From: Octopus vulgaris
Taxonomy: Eukaryota
DNA length: 64,000 bases
Reading direction: 5' to 3'
Assembly (NCBI GenBank): GCA_951406725.2
Contig: OX597827.1
Span: 39,680,001-39,744,000 of the forward strand
Shown here one piece after another: positions 24,380 through 37,470 of the stretch; position 1 is the stretch's first letter; each line of letters opens with the position of its first letter. The notes beneath the pieces are model-generated. The model was not told the DNA's origin. It made no database searches and saw only the letters and a program-made list of their open reading frames with translations. The position numbers and the translations under genes are program-made.

Positions 24380-25010
24380 CCATCACCATAAGCTACCAGC
24401 ACCACAACTACAAATGCCTCACCAGCATCACACTATCACAACCACCACCAGCACTAACACCACAACAATAATTGTGGTAATCTCGACCACAACAATTACA
24501 ACCACAATTATTATTTCAAACACCATCGTCACCAATAGAACCACAAACAACACAAACACCAACCACCACCACCACCACCACAGCAAACTCCACCACCGCA
24601 AACATCAGCAGCAGCACCATAAACACCACCACCATCACTACCATTACAAACATTACTACCACAAACACCACCACAAACACTACCACCACTACCTCAAATG
24701 CTACCACCACCACCACCACCACCACCATCACAAACATCACCACCACAAACACTACCACCACCATCACAAATATTACCACAAACACCATCCCCACTACCAC
24801 CACCACCACCCCAAACACCACATCACACTTCTGACTCATTCTATGCAATGAACATTGAAGGAAGAGAATAACTGACACCTTACACCCACAAACAATTGCA
24901 TGTTACCTCTCCACCACCACCACCACCAACCACCACCACCACCAACCACCACCACCACCACCACCACCACCATCATTAATAAACTTCTTCATTGCCCACT
25001 ACCACCACCA
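24380..25010. repeat. (CAC/ACC)n-rich low-complexity tract
   Basis: Visible; source of the poly-His/Thr ORFs. Confidence 0.85.
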
Positions 25011-25189
25011 ACACACACATGCTGTTATCTGCATGTTTCCCCACTATAACATAACTTCCAAGTTACTTGACAATTGATGAAGAGAGATAACAAAGGATGA
25101 AAGTGACTGGAAGACACTGTGATATTTCTGGCTATGATGCTTCGGTGGCAGTGGCCGTGAAGATGGTGATGATGATGATGGTGATATTA

Positions 25190-25345
25190 GGAGGCACATG
25201 GCCTAGTGGTTAGAGCAGCGGACTTGCGGTCGAGGGATCGCGGGTTCGAATCTTAGACCGGGCGATGTGTGTGTTTATGAGCGAAACATCTAAGCTCCAC
25301 ACACCTCCGGCAGAAAGTAATGACGGACTCCTGCTGACTCTTTTT
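25190..25345 (+). mobile_element. tRNA-derived SINE head (D-related), young
   Basis: A box tggcctagtgg, B box ggttcgaatc, CpG-rich; continues into SINE body rather than closing a tRNA acceptor stem. Confidence 0.8.
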
Positions 25346-25347
25346 AT

Positions 25348-25582
25348 AAGACGGCGAGCTGGCAGAAACGTTAGCACGCCAGGCGAAATGCATAGCCGTA
25401 TTTCGTCTGCCGTTATGTTCTGAGTTCAAATTCCGCCGAGGTTGACTTTGCCTTTCATCCTTTCAGGGTCAATTAAATAAGTACCAGTTACACACTGGGG
25501 TCAATATAATCGACTTAATCCCTTTTTCTGTCCTTGTTTGTCCTCTCTGTGTTTAACCCCTTGTGGGTAGTAAAGAAATAGG
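25348..25582 (+). mobile_element. SINE family B, young full-length copy
   Basis: ggcgagctggcagaaacgttagcacgcc...ctgagttcaaattccgccgaggttgactttgcctttcatcctttcagggtc...agtaccag...agtaaagaaatagg. Confidence 0.9.
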
Positions 25583-25636
25583 TATTAGTGGTAGTAGTGG
25601 TGGTATTATTTTGGTTGTTGTGTTATAGTACTTGTG

Positions 25637-25955
25637 AAGGCACGTGGCCCAATGGTTAGAGCACCGGACTCACAAACATGAGGTAGTGAGTTCAATTCTC
25701 AAACCAGGCTGGTTGTGTTGTGTTCTTGAGCAAGACACTTTATTCCACATTGTTCCAGTTCACTCAGCTGTAGAAATGAGTTGTGACGTCACTAGTGCCA
25801 AGCTGTATTGATTTCTGCCTTTCCCTTGAACAACATCGGTGGTGTGGAGAGGGGAGACTGGTATGCCTGGCCAACTGCTGGTCTTCCATAAAAAAACCTT
25901 GCCTGAACTGGAGGAACCTTCTAGGTGCAACTTCATGACTGAAGGAAGCCTGTAC
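25637..25955 (+). mobile_element. SINE family D
   Basis: gaaggcacgtggcccaatggttagagc...gagttcaattctc...tgtgttcttgagcaagacacttt...gactgaaggaagcctgtac. Confidence 0.8.
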
Positions 25956-25959
25956 ACTT

Positions 25960-26370
25960 TAGTACTTGTACTGATGGTGATAGTGGTGGTTGTGGTGATG
26001 ATGGTTCTAATAGTGGTTGTTGTATTGGCAGTGACAGCTGTGGTTGTTGTGGTAATGGTTGTAGTTGCAATGGTGATAACAGTTGGTTTTGATGGTGATG
26101 GCATTATAGTACCAGCGAGGATCATTTTGACAGCGGTAGTTGTGTTGGTGGTGGTGCTTGGTGTTACATTGGCTCTGATGGTTGTAGTAGTGATGGTGGT
26201 TGTCTGTTGTTGTTGTTGGTGGTGGTGGTGGTGGTCTTGACAGTGATTGCATTAGTGGTGGTTACTGTATTTACTGAGATAGTCGCAATGATGGTAGTCA
26301 TTGCACTGACAGCAATAGCTGAAGTGGTTGTATTGGTGGTAGGGGGTGGTGGTGGTGGTGGTAGTAGTGT
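25960..26370. repeat. (GTG/GGT/GTT)n low-complexity tract
   Basis: Visible; source of the poly-Val ORFs. Confidence 0.8.
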
Positions 26371-28183
26371 TGAAGGTACGACAATGCTAAACTGATGTCT
26401 CCTTCATTGCTATTCAACAAATAAAATCTCATTAATTGTTGGCAAGGATACCGTATTTCATTATGGTGGCTATTTAAGCAATGTCTTCATGGTTGGCTAT
26501 AGTGCTTGGATAAGAAAGAGCAATAACTCCTGAAACATGTGTATACACTCATTACCTTTTTGATTGCATTGTTTACATAGACATATTCATATATAAGCAT
26601 CATAACTTTCAGTGTTGGCTCAAGTTCCAATAGAAAATCTGTAGAGATGACTTTAAAAAGTAAATAAAATCTTGTACCACTCACTTCACTTTCACTTTCA
26701 GTTCCCAATCAAAGGTTACTTCTGTTTGTTTATTACTTGAGAAATGCACGAATGTCACCCAATTCTATTTCCTCTCTCTCTACATAAAATGAAAATATTA
26801 AATTATGAAATGCCAGACATAACACAGTGCTAGAATAAAAACTTTTTTAATTATTTACCTTCCAACTCCTAAGCTTTAAATTCAAGTCCCACTGTGATTA
26901 AAATTTGTTATTTTTCTTTTTTACTTTCATCCTTCCAGAGATCACTAAAATGAAAACCAATTCAATCGACTTCACCCTATTCTTAGAAATGTGTGCATTG
27001 TGCTAATGTAGTTTTCATACCTCTATCTCACATGTTCAAACCTTGCAAGGGTTCACATTATCTTCAGTATCTCTGGTTTCATTAAAAATCAATACCAGTA
27101 ATAACCTTGTACTCTTTCATAACAGTTTAGTAGAATCATTAGAACCTTGTGGTATTTAGTCATGTTCTGAGTTCAAATGCCACCAAGGTCAGCTTTGGCT
27201 TTCATCCTTCTGGAGTTGATAGAATAAAATACCAATTAAACACAAGGGTCAATGTAATTGATTTGCCCCCCCCCCCCCCCGCTATCCTCAAAATTGCTGG
27301 CCTTTTGTGAAAATTAGAAATAATTATCATTAAGTCAATAGAAACAAGGTGTAGCACAATAAGCATGGTCTGAAACAAATTTGTATTTTATTGCAACCAT
27401 TTACGTACTGGTAGAGGTGCATGACTTTGTGGTTAGGGCTTTGCACTCATGATTGTAAGATTGTGGTTTTGATTCCTGGACTGGGTGATGCATTGTGTTC
27501 TTGAGCAAAACACTTCACTTCACATTGCTTCAGTCCACTCAGTTGGAAAAGCTGAATAATCCTGTGACGGGCCAGCATCTTCACCAGTAGTGTATGTATA
27601 TATATATATATATATATATGCAACAGAACCCAGTAAACTGGTCGTATGAGACTATGGTTTAGGAAGGAACTTTGATCCTCTTTTTTATTTGTATTGAGTT
27701 CAATCCTATTTGAGTCAACTTTGATCTTCATCCCACCAAGGGGTCAATAAAATAAGTACCACTAATGCATTGTTAACTTAAATTAAAGCTATGCCAAGTG
27801 CAGTTTTATTGTCCATTCCTTTGGAATCAATCATTTATTTTCTAGTGATGTCTTTCACAGACCACATTCTTCTGCTTGAATATTTGTTCTTTTCATTAGT
27901 CAGAAGTAACTCTTTATTCTAATGTCATAATCTGTCAACCCTAACATCATGCACAGTAATTCCACCGCTTATTATAATCAGCATCACCTCTAATTCTACT
28001 CACCACTGTCAATGCCTCCATTGCTCAGCATCACCCCTCCACTAATTATCATCATCAGCTTCACAACTAACCATCATCATTTCCACTCTTTTATGCATAT
28101 GTGTTTAAGGATAATTTTGCACGTGTGGATTAGCATATATATATACATATATATATATATACATATATATATAAATACATACA

Positions 28184-28216
<33 letters not shown>

Positions 28217-28516
28217 GTATGCTTATGTATGCATATGCATAGGGTATGTGTATGGATGAATTTGAATAGCTGCGTGTGTGGATACATATACATGTGTACA
28301 TATATGAATGTCTATGTGGATGTTTGTGTGTGTGTGTGTGTCTAAATATGTGGTGGAAAAATGAACTAAAAGTACAAGTATGAATATTACAAGGTTCACT
28401 GCAAACTGATAAAAATTTACATAACTACAGTATACTTAATTAACCCTATAACAACAACACCTACTACTATAATTTCCACCACCACCACCACCACCAGCAC
28501 TGCTACCACCACCACC

Positions 28517-28550
<34 letters not shown>

Positions 28551-28844
28551 TCACTTCCATTGCTGTTGCAGCTGTTACTTCTACAACTACAGATGGTAAA
28601 GCAACAAACAGAATTGTTTTACCCTTCTCCATATTCTCTAATATACAAATGATTTGGCACATATTTTGGTAGAGAATGTATTTTTTTTTCCTGACACATT
28701 TAAGTATGAGGAACAACATAAAATTAAGGTGTTGGACTATTTACAGTCCCTTTTGCAATGTGTGGCCCCCTATTATACAACTTAATTTTTATCCCACCAG
28801 GTTGACTAGCAAAACAAAAAAAAACATCCTCATCCATTCCACAA

Positions 28845-29080
28845 AGTAAAGTTGTTGGCTTCTGGAAGAGCATCAAGCTGCAAAAACCATGCCAAAATTG
28901 ACCTCACTTGTGCTGTCTACTCTGTAGAGTGGTTGGTGTTAGGAAGGGTACCCAGCTATAAAAATTATACCAAAACAGATACAGAAGTCTGGTGCAGTCT
29001 TCTACCTGGCCAGCTCCTGCCAATACATCCAATCCATGCCATCACGGAAGGCGGACATTAAACGATGATGGTGAATGATG
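28845..29080 (+). mobile_element. RTE-type 3' tail (family C) with duplicated ggaagggcatccagctg-like motif
   Basis: Motif at about 28864 and 28941; ends ggcggacattaaacgatgatg. Confidence 0.75.
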
Positions 29081-29524
29081 ATGTGGTTACTTGACCTGCA
29101 CAAAATAGCAGCTAAATCTCTCTTAAACTATGTGCTGTTGACATTAACAAGGTTACATTGGATATTATAATCTAAATTAGAGTATTTTATTTGTGTGGGC
29201 CCCACCAAAATTTTATATGAACTCCAGCTAAGAACCACTGATTTAGATGCTGATAGATCTATGTCATATCCGTCCACAAGGCCATTTTAACTGTAGATAA
29301 TACATAGTAGAGGTGGAAGGAATTGAGGTGGTGGTGATTCAATGCTTGATACTGGAGCAAAAGTAGAAAAGTGTAAGTCAGTGAAAACTTGCTTATTAGA
29401 GAGTAGAAGCTTTTCTGAGAAAAAGAAGGACAAGTTAAACACGAAAGGACCCACTTCATCAATATTTCTTAAGATGTGGTGCCTGCCCTACTGGTGGGGC
29501 ATGGTAATATTTTGGCAGGAGTTA

Positions 29525-29742
29525 AGATGGTGAGCTGGCAGAATTATAAGCAGTCTGGACAAAATGCTTAGAGGCATGCCATCCATCCTTACATTCTGAG
29601 TTCAAATTCCACTGAGGTCAACTTTGCCTTTTATCCTTTTGGGGTCAATAAAATAAATATCAGTCGAGCCCTGAGGCCAATACAATAGACTTATTCTCTT
29701 TCTCCAAACTTCTGGCCTTGTACCAAAATTTGGAACCAATAT
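29525..29742 (+). mobile_element. SINE family B
   Basis: ggtgagctggcagaatt...ttctgagttcaaattccactgaggtcaactttgcc...ggccttgtaccaaaatttggaaccaatatt. Confidence 0.85.
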
Positions 29743-29824
29743 TTTGACATGATGTGGATTACTTCAGAATGGTGTGAATAAAACTTGCAATAAAGTCTTA
29801 ACTAAAACTTCTTTTGAAGATATA

Positions 29825-30608
29825 CAGTAATACCTTGAAATATGAGTTAATTTCTTCCCAGACACCACTTATAAAGTGAAAACTCGTAAAGCAGAGCAAT
29901 AATTTCCCATAGCAGCAATGTTATAAATCGTAATTCATTCCCAGAAAAATATTTTACCAATAAAACTTATAATACTCATAAATAAATGGCAATAAAACAA
30001 CAGTAGAATGTGAAGAATATTTTATGTAAAGTAAAAAGACTGTTGAGATCATTTGTAATAAGAGATACTATTTTTATAATCATTTGCTGAATCACTTTCA
30101 CTCACACAAGACTTGCACACACCATCACTTGTAGACTGATTCACAAGCACTCATAGATGGACTTGTAGATTTCTTTTTAAAAAACAAGTCTAGAGCTGTT
30201 TGCTTAGAAGAAGCTTTTTTTCTCTCTCTTTAAATTTCTTGGTAACACACAGAAGCATTTGCTATGTTAGTAGAAACTTTTGCACTTCATTCAAAATTTG
30301 GATCTTGTGCTTGAAAAATTTCAGCTCACCATACAAAAGTGAGCTGAAAAATAAAACTTGTAAATCTAGGGTCTTGTAAAGCAGGTCCTTGTAAAGTGAG
30401 GTATTACTCTTTTACTTGTTTCAGTCATTTGACTGTGGCAATGCTGGAGCACCACCTTTAGTCGAGCAAATCGACCCCAGGACTTATTCTTTGTAAGCCT
30501 AGTACTTATTCTATCGGTCTCTTTTGCCGAACCACTAAGTTACAGGGATGTAAACACAGCAGCATCGGTTGTCAAGCGATGTTGGGGGGTACAAACACAG
30601 ATACACAA

Positions 30609-30651
<43 letters not shown>

Positions 30652-30827
30652 TACATACATACATACATATATATGACGGGCTTCTTTCAGTTTCCGTCTA
30701 CCAATTCCACTCACAAGGCTTTGGTCGGCCTGAGGCTATAGTAGAAGATACTTGCCCAAGGTGCCACAGAGTGGGACCGAACCTGGAACCATGTGGTTGG
30801 GGAGTTCAGTCCCACTGCGTGACACTG
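29825..30827. mobile_element. pogo/Tigger-type non-autonomous DNA transposon (~580 bp) whose right TIR is split by a SINE A
   Basis: Left TA|cagtaataccttg; right gaggtattact at 30398-30408, with actg|TA resuming at 30824-30829; subterminal cttgtaaag/ctcgtaaag repeats. Confidence 0.7.
30406..30823 (-). mobile_element. SINE family A, young, with a short inverted 5' segment
   Basis: Minus-strand body 30406-30800; 30801-30823 gagttcagtcccactgcgtgac matches the SINE head in + orientation. Confidence 0.88.
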
Positions 30828-31374
30828 TATATGTTTTATACTAACTTTATCTGTTTGTGGTGGGGCGCTCTTTTTTTTTTCTTGGAAAACTGTAAAGGTG
30901 CAAGGGACAAAAGAGGTTCAGAAAACCTGCTCTTCATAGTCACTCAAAGAAAATAGAAACAAAAAGAAGTAAATCACTGTGAAATTGCATCCAGCCAACT
31001 TGAAAATTGAAGGATATATTCTAAAATGTAGTGCTAAACATACAACAGGTGGGATGGTCATGGATGGAACTCTGTCGATCATAGCTCTACTCAATCAGGA
31101 TTGACTTAAAGATAAACAACAAACTAATTAAGAATATAAGGTGTTGACCTTTTATGTTCTAGGTAAAACCTCCCTAAGCCATGTTGTTGAGCAAGTACTT
31201 CAACCCTCTCAATAAATCAAGGTTGTAAGTATAGGTGGTGGGTCAAATATCCATCCACTGAACATCATTAGCCTCCTATGATTCCTGCATCAATTGGTGC
31301 AGTATGATGAGTGTGTCTCCTCCAACTATCCACACTACCACTACCGATGTTATCAATATAACTACCTGTAATAT

Positions 31375-31590
31375 TGATTTCAAATTTTAGCACAAGGCCA
31401 GCAATTTTGGAGATTAGAAAATTCAATAACAGTTCCCAGTTCTCAGCTGGTGCTTATTTTATCAACCCCAAAAGGATGCAAGACAAAGTTGAGCTCTGCG
31501 GAATTTGAACTCAGAATGGAAAGATGGACAAAATGCTTAGCAGCATTTTGCCTGGCTTGCTAATGATTCTGCCAGTTTGCCACCTTAACT
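31375..31590 (-). mobile_element. SINE family B
   Basis: tttcaaattttagcacaaggccagcaatttt...ggaatttgaactcagaa...gattctgccagtttgccacctta. Confidence 0.85.
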
Positions 31591-31718
31591 ACCTATAATA
31601 TTACTACTACTGCTAGTAATACAGTACATTTATAGCATTTATAGCTATACGCACACCCCACACATATATATCAATATATTTATACACACATTTATATATT
31701 CTATATATATTCCTGTTA

Positions 31719-31766
31719 TAGTGATGGGGGTGGTGATGGTCACAACCATCACCACCCCCATCACTA
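31719..31766. repeat. Perfect 22-bp inverted repeat with 4-nt loop
   Basis: tagtgatgggggtggtgatggt-caca-accatcaccacccccatcacta. Confidence 0.95.
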
Positions 31767-33480
31767 CACACACAATCCTATTTCAGACTTCATCTTGCTT
31801 ACCCTACAGCGACTTTTCACTTTTACTGGTCTTCTCTCTTTCATCATCACTCTACATGTCATTCCATTAGTCTGCCTCACAATATACTCTTATTAATTCA
31901 CAACACACACACACTTGCATGCACATGCATACACACACACACACACATACACACACATTTACAGTGCTTAATTATGGTAAACTTTTTCAGGAAAACAATA
32001 TAGAATATCAGGTACCACAGGAAACTCCTTTACATATCCACCTCTGCCACCACCATCTCTTGTCAACCACTGACATTACCATCACTACCATCAAAAATAG
32101 TACCAATGGCATGACTCCCCACCATCATTACTACCACCACCAACAACACCCTTATTTCTACCATGGCCCTGCACCACCACCAATAATGTCACCATTACTA
32201 ACATCGTTAACTGCATCATCACAAGTTCTCTTTAAATTACTTCATGTCAGCTGATTCAATCCTAGCTCAGCACTTATCCTCCTACCCTACCACAGGAATG
32301 TGAGGGTGGGTTTGGCAGAGTCACATACCTGGGTACTTCTTTACTGTTGTCTTCTTCACCCTTCCCCCCACCCCACAGTCTTCCATGTATAGAAAGATAT
32401 CCAATAACTACCCTAACATCCCAGCCAGCCATAGCTAATGAAGAGTTCATCCCGACTTTTCCTTATCTTCCTCCTCATCATCATCCTTACTCTTGCAGCT
32501 ATCACCATCATCACCATCTCCCATACCATACTCTCACAATCATCACTGCTACCACTGCCACCACCACAGCCATCAACCCTATCATCACCATCATCATTAT
32601 CATCATCCCAGGAATCATCATCATCACTACTGCCATCATATGAACATCATCAACACTGAAATTTCACCACCACAACCACCACCATAACCACTACTACTAC
32701 AACCATCATTATTGCACTAACTGTCTTGATGTTAATGGCAGCAAGGGTGGTGAAGTACACGGTTCAGGTAGGAGTTGAGATTAAGGTTTGAGAAGGAAGG
32801 AAGAAAGGAATCTTCATGTTGGAATTACCATTATTGCTATCCTTGAAAAATTATTGTGAAAAAAGAGGGCAATAATGCACGAGTTATTTCTCAGAATTGA
32901 AGCTTTGATGGCACTAATTTTCGCTCGCCACAACCTTCTTGTTAATGGTACTCCCACCACCTATTCCTCTTTGATGGTATTCTGTCTTCCCTTACACCTT
33001 CCTGCCCACCTCTACACTGATGGTATCTTTCCTCCTCCACCACCATCTTGATATTCTTCCCTGTCTGCTCCTTAATGGTATTCTCTCTCCCCTTTCCACC
33101 ACCTCATTATACATATTCTTCCCTTCCTCTTCCTTGTAGGTATTCCAGTCCCTCCTGATACTAACCAGGATCTTCCCCCACTATTCCCATTGCAAAGTGG
33201 TGTTTTGGTAAGAAGGTGTTCACAACATCTCAGGATACCTGGCAACAGTAGTCAAGAAAATCTGTACTAAATCTCAGATGATCTAAAGATGAAAGCCACA
33301 CAGAGGCTGTAGTGATTAAAGATAGAGAATGCTTCATATACTAAGAATGTGGTGTATAGTACCCAGTTATCAAATATTATGTGGATGGTACACAACAGTT
33401 ATGGTATATTGAAGGATTATAGATATAACACTATTACCTAGATTATTATACCACATCATTTAACTACAATATCATGTATA

Positions 33481-33690
33481 TCATCACCATCATCATCTTT
33501 TAACATCTGTTTTTCATGTTGGCATGGGTTAAATGGTTTCACTGGAACTGGTTAGCCGGAGAGCTGTGCCAGGCTCCAATCTGAGCTGACATGGTTTCTA
33601 GGGCTGGATGCCCTTCCTAATGCCAACCACTCCAAGAGTGAAGTAGGTGCTTTTTATGCATCACAAGCAAGGAATGCTTTTACGTGTCAC
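33481..33690 (-). mobile_element. RTE-type 3' tail (family C)
   Basis: (CAT)n...catgttggcatgggtt...ggctggatgcccttcctaatgccaaccactcc. Confidence 0.85.
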
Positions 33691-33691
33691 C

Positions 33692-33788
33692 TTCCGGGTT
33701 CAGTCCCACTGTGTGGCACCTTGGGCAAGTGTCTTCTACTATAGCCTCAGGTCAACCAAAGGATTTGGTAAAAGGAAACTGAAAAGAT

Positions 33789-33822
<34 letters not shown>

Positions 33823-34060
33823 GTATGTATGTATGTATGTATATATATATATAAATGTATGTATGTTTTTGCGTGTTTGTGTTTGTCACCCACCATCACT
33901 TGACAACCGATGTTGCCGTGTTTATGTACCCGTAACTTCGGGGTTTGGCAAAAGAGATAGAATAAGTACTAGGCTTATAAAGAATCAGTGCTGGAGTGTT
34001 AATTTGTTTGACGAAAGGTGATGCTCCTGCATGGCCACAGTCAAATGACTGAAACAAGAA
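33692..34060 (+). mobile_element. SINE family A (5'-clipped)
   Basis: ttccgggttcagtcccactgtgtggcaccttgggcaagtg...gcatggccacagtcaaatgactgaaacaag. Confidence 0.88.
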
Positions 34061-34064
34061 GATT

Positions 34065-34104
<40 letters not shown>

Positions 34105-34179
34105 CCTATACACATGTATATATGTATATACATACATGCATACATACATACGTACATACATGTATGTATGTATGTATGT

Positions 34180-34378
34180 AGGCCAGCAATTTTAGGAGAG
34201 GGGAGAAGTCGATTACATTGACCCCCAGCACTCAACTAGTACTTATTTTATCAACTTTGAAAAAATGAAAGGCAAAGTAGACTTCAGCAGAATTTGAACT
34301 CAGAACATAAAATCAGACGACATGACACCAAGCATTTTGCCCTGCATGCAAATGATCCTGCTAGCTCACTACCTTATA
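34180..34378 (-). mobile_element. SINE family B
   Basis: ggccagcaattttagg...agtcgattacattgaccccc...gaatttgaactcagaac...gctagctcactacctta. Confidence 0.85.
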
Positions 34379-36651
34379 TATTAGTATCATATTAGTGTCA
34401 TATATTACACCAGTTTTGCATTGATTTTACACTTGAGCCATATTATCCTGTAGTTACTATCATATACACGAATATGATGATGATGATGATAAAGCTTGGT
34501 GAGTGGTTCTGGTAGCTAAAAACTGAAAAAGGCCCATTTTTTATGATGAGTGTGAGTGTGTGCATGTGTATGTATTACATGTGTGTATGTATTACATGTG
34601 TGTGTGTATTACATGTGTGTGTGTGTGTGTGCCTCCTTTTCATGTTACTAAACAATAACTTATAAATGAGAGTTGCCATAATACATATGGTGTTATTTTC
34701 AAACTTCCAGGTAAACATGCCTGGTCATAAGGAAATATAATCAGTGAATTGTCTGATGTACATATAAGAAAGTGGATGTTTAATAAAAATTAACCAACAG
34801 ACAGAGAGACACACACTCACACACACACATACATACACACATATATACATGCATACATACATACATACATGCATACATACATATATAATACATACATATG
34901 TACATACATACATGGGGCAAACAGAATTCACTGAAGCAGATTTTCTATAGACCAGTGCTCCTCCTGCCTGATTCCAAATAAGGTTGTATTTACTCATGAC
35001 CCAAGATGTTTTTATGGAAGATTTGAAATCAAAAACATCTATCATGTGTAGTCAAGATGAGAAAGCACAAAAACACACACACAGTCATAGTATATTGTAA
35101 TATGATATGTACAACTATCAGTATCATGTGATATCCTCCTACAGATATAGCATATTGCACTATTAAGATGTTCAAAGAGGGGCAACACCATTGGTCAAAT
35201 CCTTTGTTGGAAACCTCTAGAATAAGTTATCCCCATTTGGTCTGGGTTTGACAACCAGCACTTCACCTGTGGCCCCAAAAAGCTATAACATGTGCAATGG
35301 CCATACTGTGGTAAACTATTTTGACAAACAAACTAAGCACAATCAGGATAGCTGTCAGGTCTCAAACTGTTGGTGAGTTATGTGTATATCTGAACATATG
35401 AATACTGAATTCTAGGAAACAGAGCAAACAAGAACAATAGATACAGGAGTAAAAAAAAAAAGCAGTTTCACTAAGCGTTGTGAAGTCTTGGTCATTTATT
35501 GTGTCCCTGTCTACCTTCAACTACCTTGACTTTGTCTTACCCCGGACCATAGAGTGAGGCTGACATTTCAGTAAGAGTGAATTTACTCTGATTTAAATAC
35601 AATTTACACACAACCCATGATGACATCATATGTTAGGATGGTTATCGTCACATACACGGATGCACAATATCATATACACAAAATCAATATTACCTTCATA
35701 TCACAACATAGTCAACTTATTTCCTAGTCGATTTTCATATCACAACACAGTCAACTTATTTCCTTGGTGGTTGGATCTAAATAAGACAGAACCTCATAAT
35801 TTCATATCTAATCAGGTATTCCAGTCGTCCACTACAACATAAACATAGCTACAAGTATTCCACTTTAGACAGTATAAAGAAAAAAAGTCATATCTCAAAG
35901 AAATAGGAAGTGGAGTTGGTGGGAAGAGAAACAAAATAAATGGGATTGGCATTACAGGTAGGTCACAATATTGCAGCTAAATCATGCAGGCATTTACAAT
36001 GTTTGTGTATGTGTGTCTTGTTACTTTTTCTTCCTTGTTGAGACAGCTTACCTTTAACAGTAAGTATTTTTTTTTTTGCAGTGGGGGAGAAGGGATAAGG
36101 AAATTGCACATCAATGAGATCATTTGATTCTCATGCTTGTATATTAAGTATACACTTACATATGTAAACACACGTACACACACATACATGTACTTTTACA
36201 CACACACACACACACACATGTAAACACATATTTGTATATGAATAAATATGTTTAGGTTTTAATACAGAAATCAACATATATATAACAAAGCACACAACAT
36301 ACATATGTATTCAGTCGCATATGTACATAAATGCTTAAATTTATTCATATATATGTACTCTTATATGCAAACATATGAGAGTACATATAAGTATATGCAC
36401 ATATAAATACATACACACATATACACACATACATACACACACATGCACATACATATATACACAAATTTATACATACACACACACACACACACACATGTGT
36501 CTGTAGTGTGTGTGAGTTTACCTATGTTTACCCATAGACACAAACGTATACATAAAAGCAGGCAGATACATAATCACACTTACTCATACAGGATTTGAAC
36601 ACCTCTTTGGATTGCACATACTAAACATAGGATAAAAAAGTAATAATAATA

Positions 36652-37042
36652 ATGGTTTCTAATTTAGGCACAAAACCAGCTATTTTTGAGGGGAGGGGAT
36701 TAGTTGGTGCTGTCGACCATAGTACTTGACAGGTACTTTATTTTATTTTATAGACTTAAAGGATGAAAGGTAAATTTGGCCTTGGCTAATAATAATAATA
36801 ACAACAACAACAACAATAATAATAAACGTTTCCCCTGGAGGTAGAAGATCTCAAATTTGTGGGGTGGGGACTAGTTGATTATATCGATCCCAGTATTTCA
36901 CTGGTACTTAATTTATTGACCCCGAAAGGATGAAAGGCAAAGTCGACCTCGGTGGAATTTGAACTCAGAACATAGCAATGGGTAAAATACCGATAAGCAT
37001 TTCGTCCAGCTTGCTAACTATTCTGCCAGCTCATGGCCTTAA
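36652..37042 (-). mobile_element. Two tandem SINE family B copies between (AAT)n/(AAC)n runs
   Basis: About 36652-36787 and 36830-37040 (cccgaaaggatgaaaggcaaagtcgacctcggtggaatttgaactcag). Confidence 0.85.
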
Positions 37043-37069
37043 TAATAATGATGATAATATTGACAATTA

Positions 37070-37470
37070 CAGGAGAAAGAAGCAAAAGAAAGAAAGAAAG
37101 AAAGAAAGGAAGGGAAGAAGAAGAAGAAGAAGAAGAAGAAGAAGAAGAAGAAGAAGAAGAAGAAGAAGAAGAAGAAGAAGAAGAAAGAGAAGGAGAGAAA
37201 GAAGAGGAGAGAAAGAAAAGAAAGAAGAAGAAGAAAAAGGAGAGAAATAAGAAGAAGAGAAGGGGAGAAAGAAGAAGAAAAAGAAGAAAAAGGAGAGAAA
37301 GAAGAAGAAAGAGAAGGGGAGAAAGAAGAAAAAGAAAAAGGAGAGAAAGAAGAAGAGAAGGGGAAGAAGAAGAAGAAGACAGGAGGATGAGGAGAAGGAA
37401 GACAGCAGATGTGAAAGAGGAAGAAGACAAGGAAAAATGAACAAAAAGAAAATGAGTAAGAAGAAAACTG
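37070..37470. repeat. Polypurine (GAA)n / GA-rich tract
   Basis: About 24 GAA units at 37114-37185 plus degenerate extension; source of the poly-E/R/S ORFs. Confidence 0.95.

Noticed and set aside
23659-24878. Longest ORFs in the window (Gly/Val-, Ser/Tyr-, His-rich), superficially like structural proteins
   Set aside because: Overlapping ORFs on both strands arise from trinucleotide-derived repeats; no signal peptide or exon structure seen.
25190-25265. Possible tRNA gene
   Set aside because: A and B boxes are present, but there is no closing acceptor stem or T-run terminator and the sequence continues into a SINE body.
35690-35765. 39-bp local duplication (similar ones at 57115-57180 and 14928-15000)
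   Set aside because: Ordinary slippage-type duplications with no further structure.
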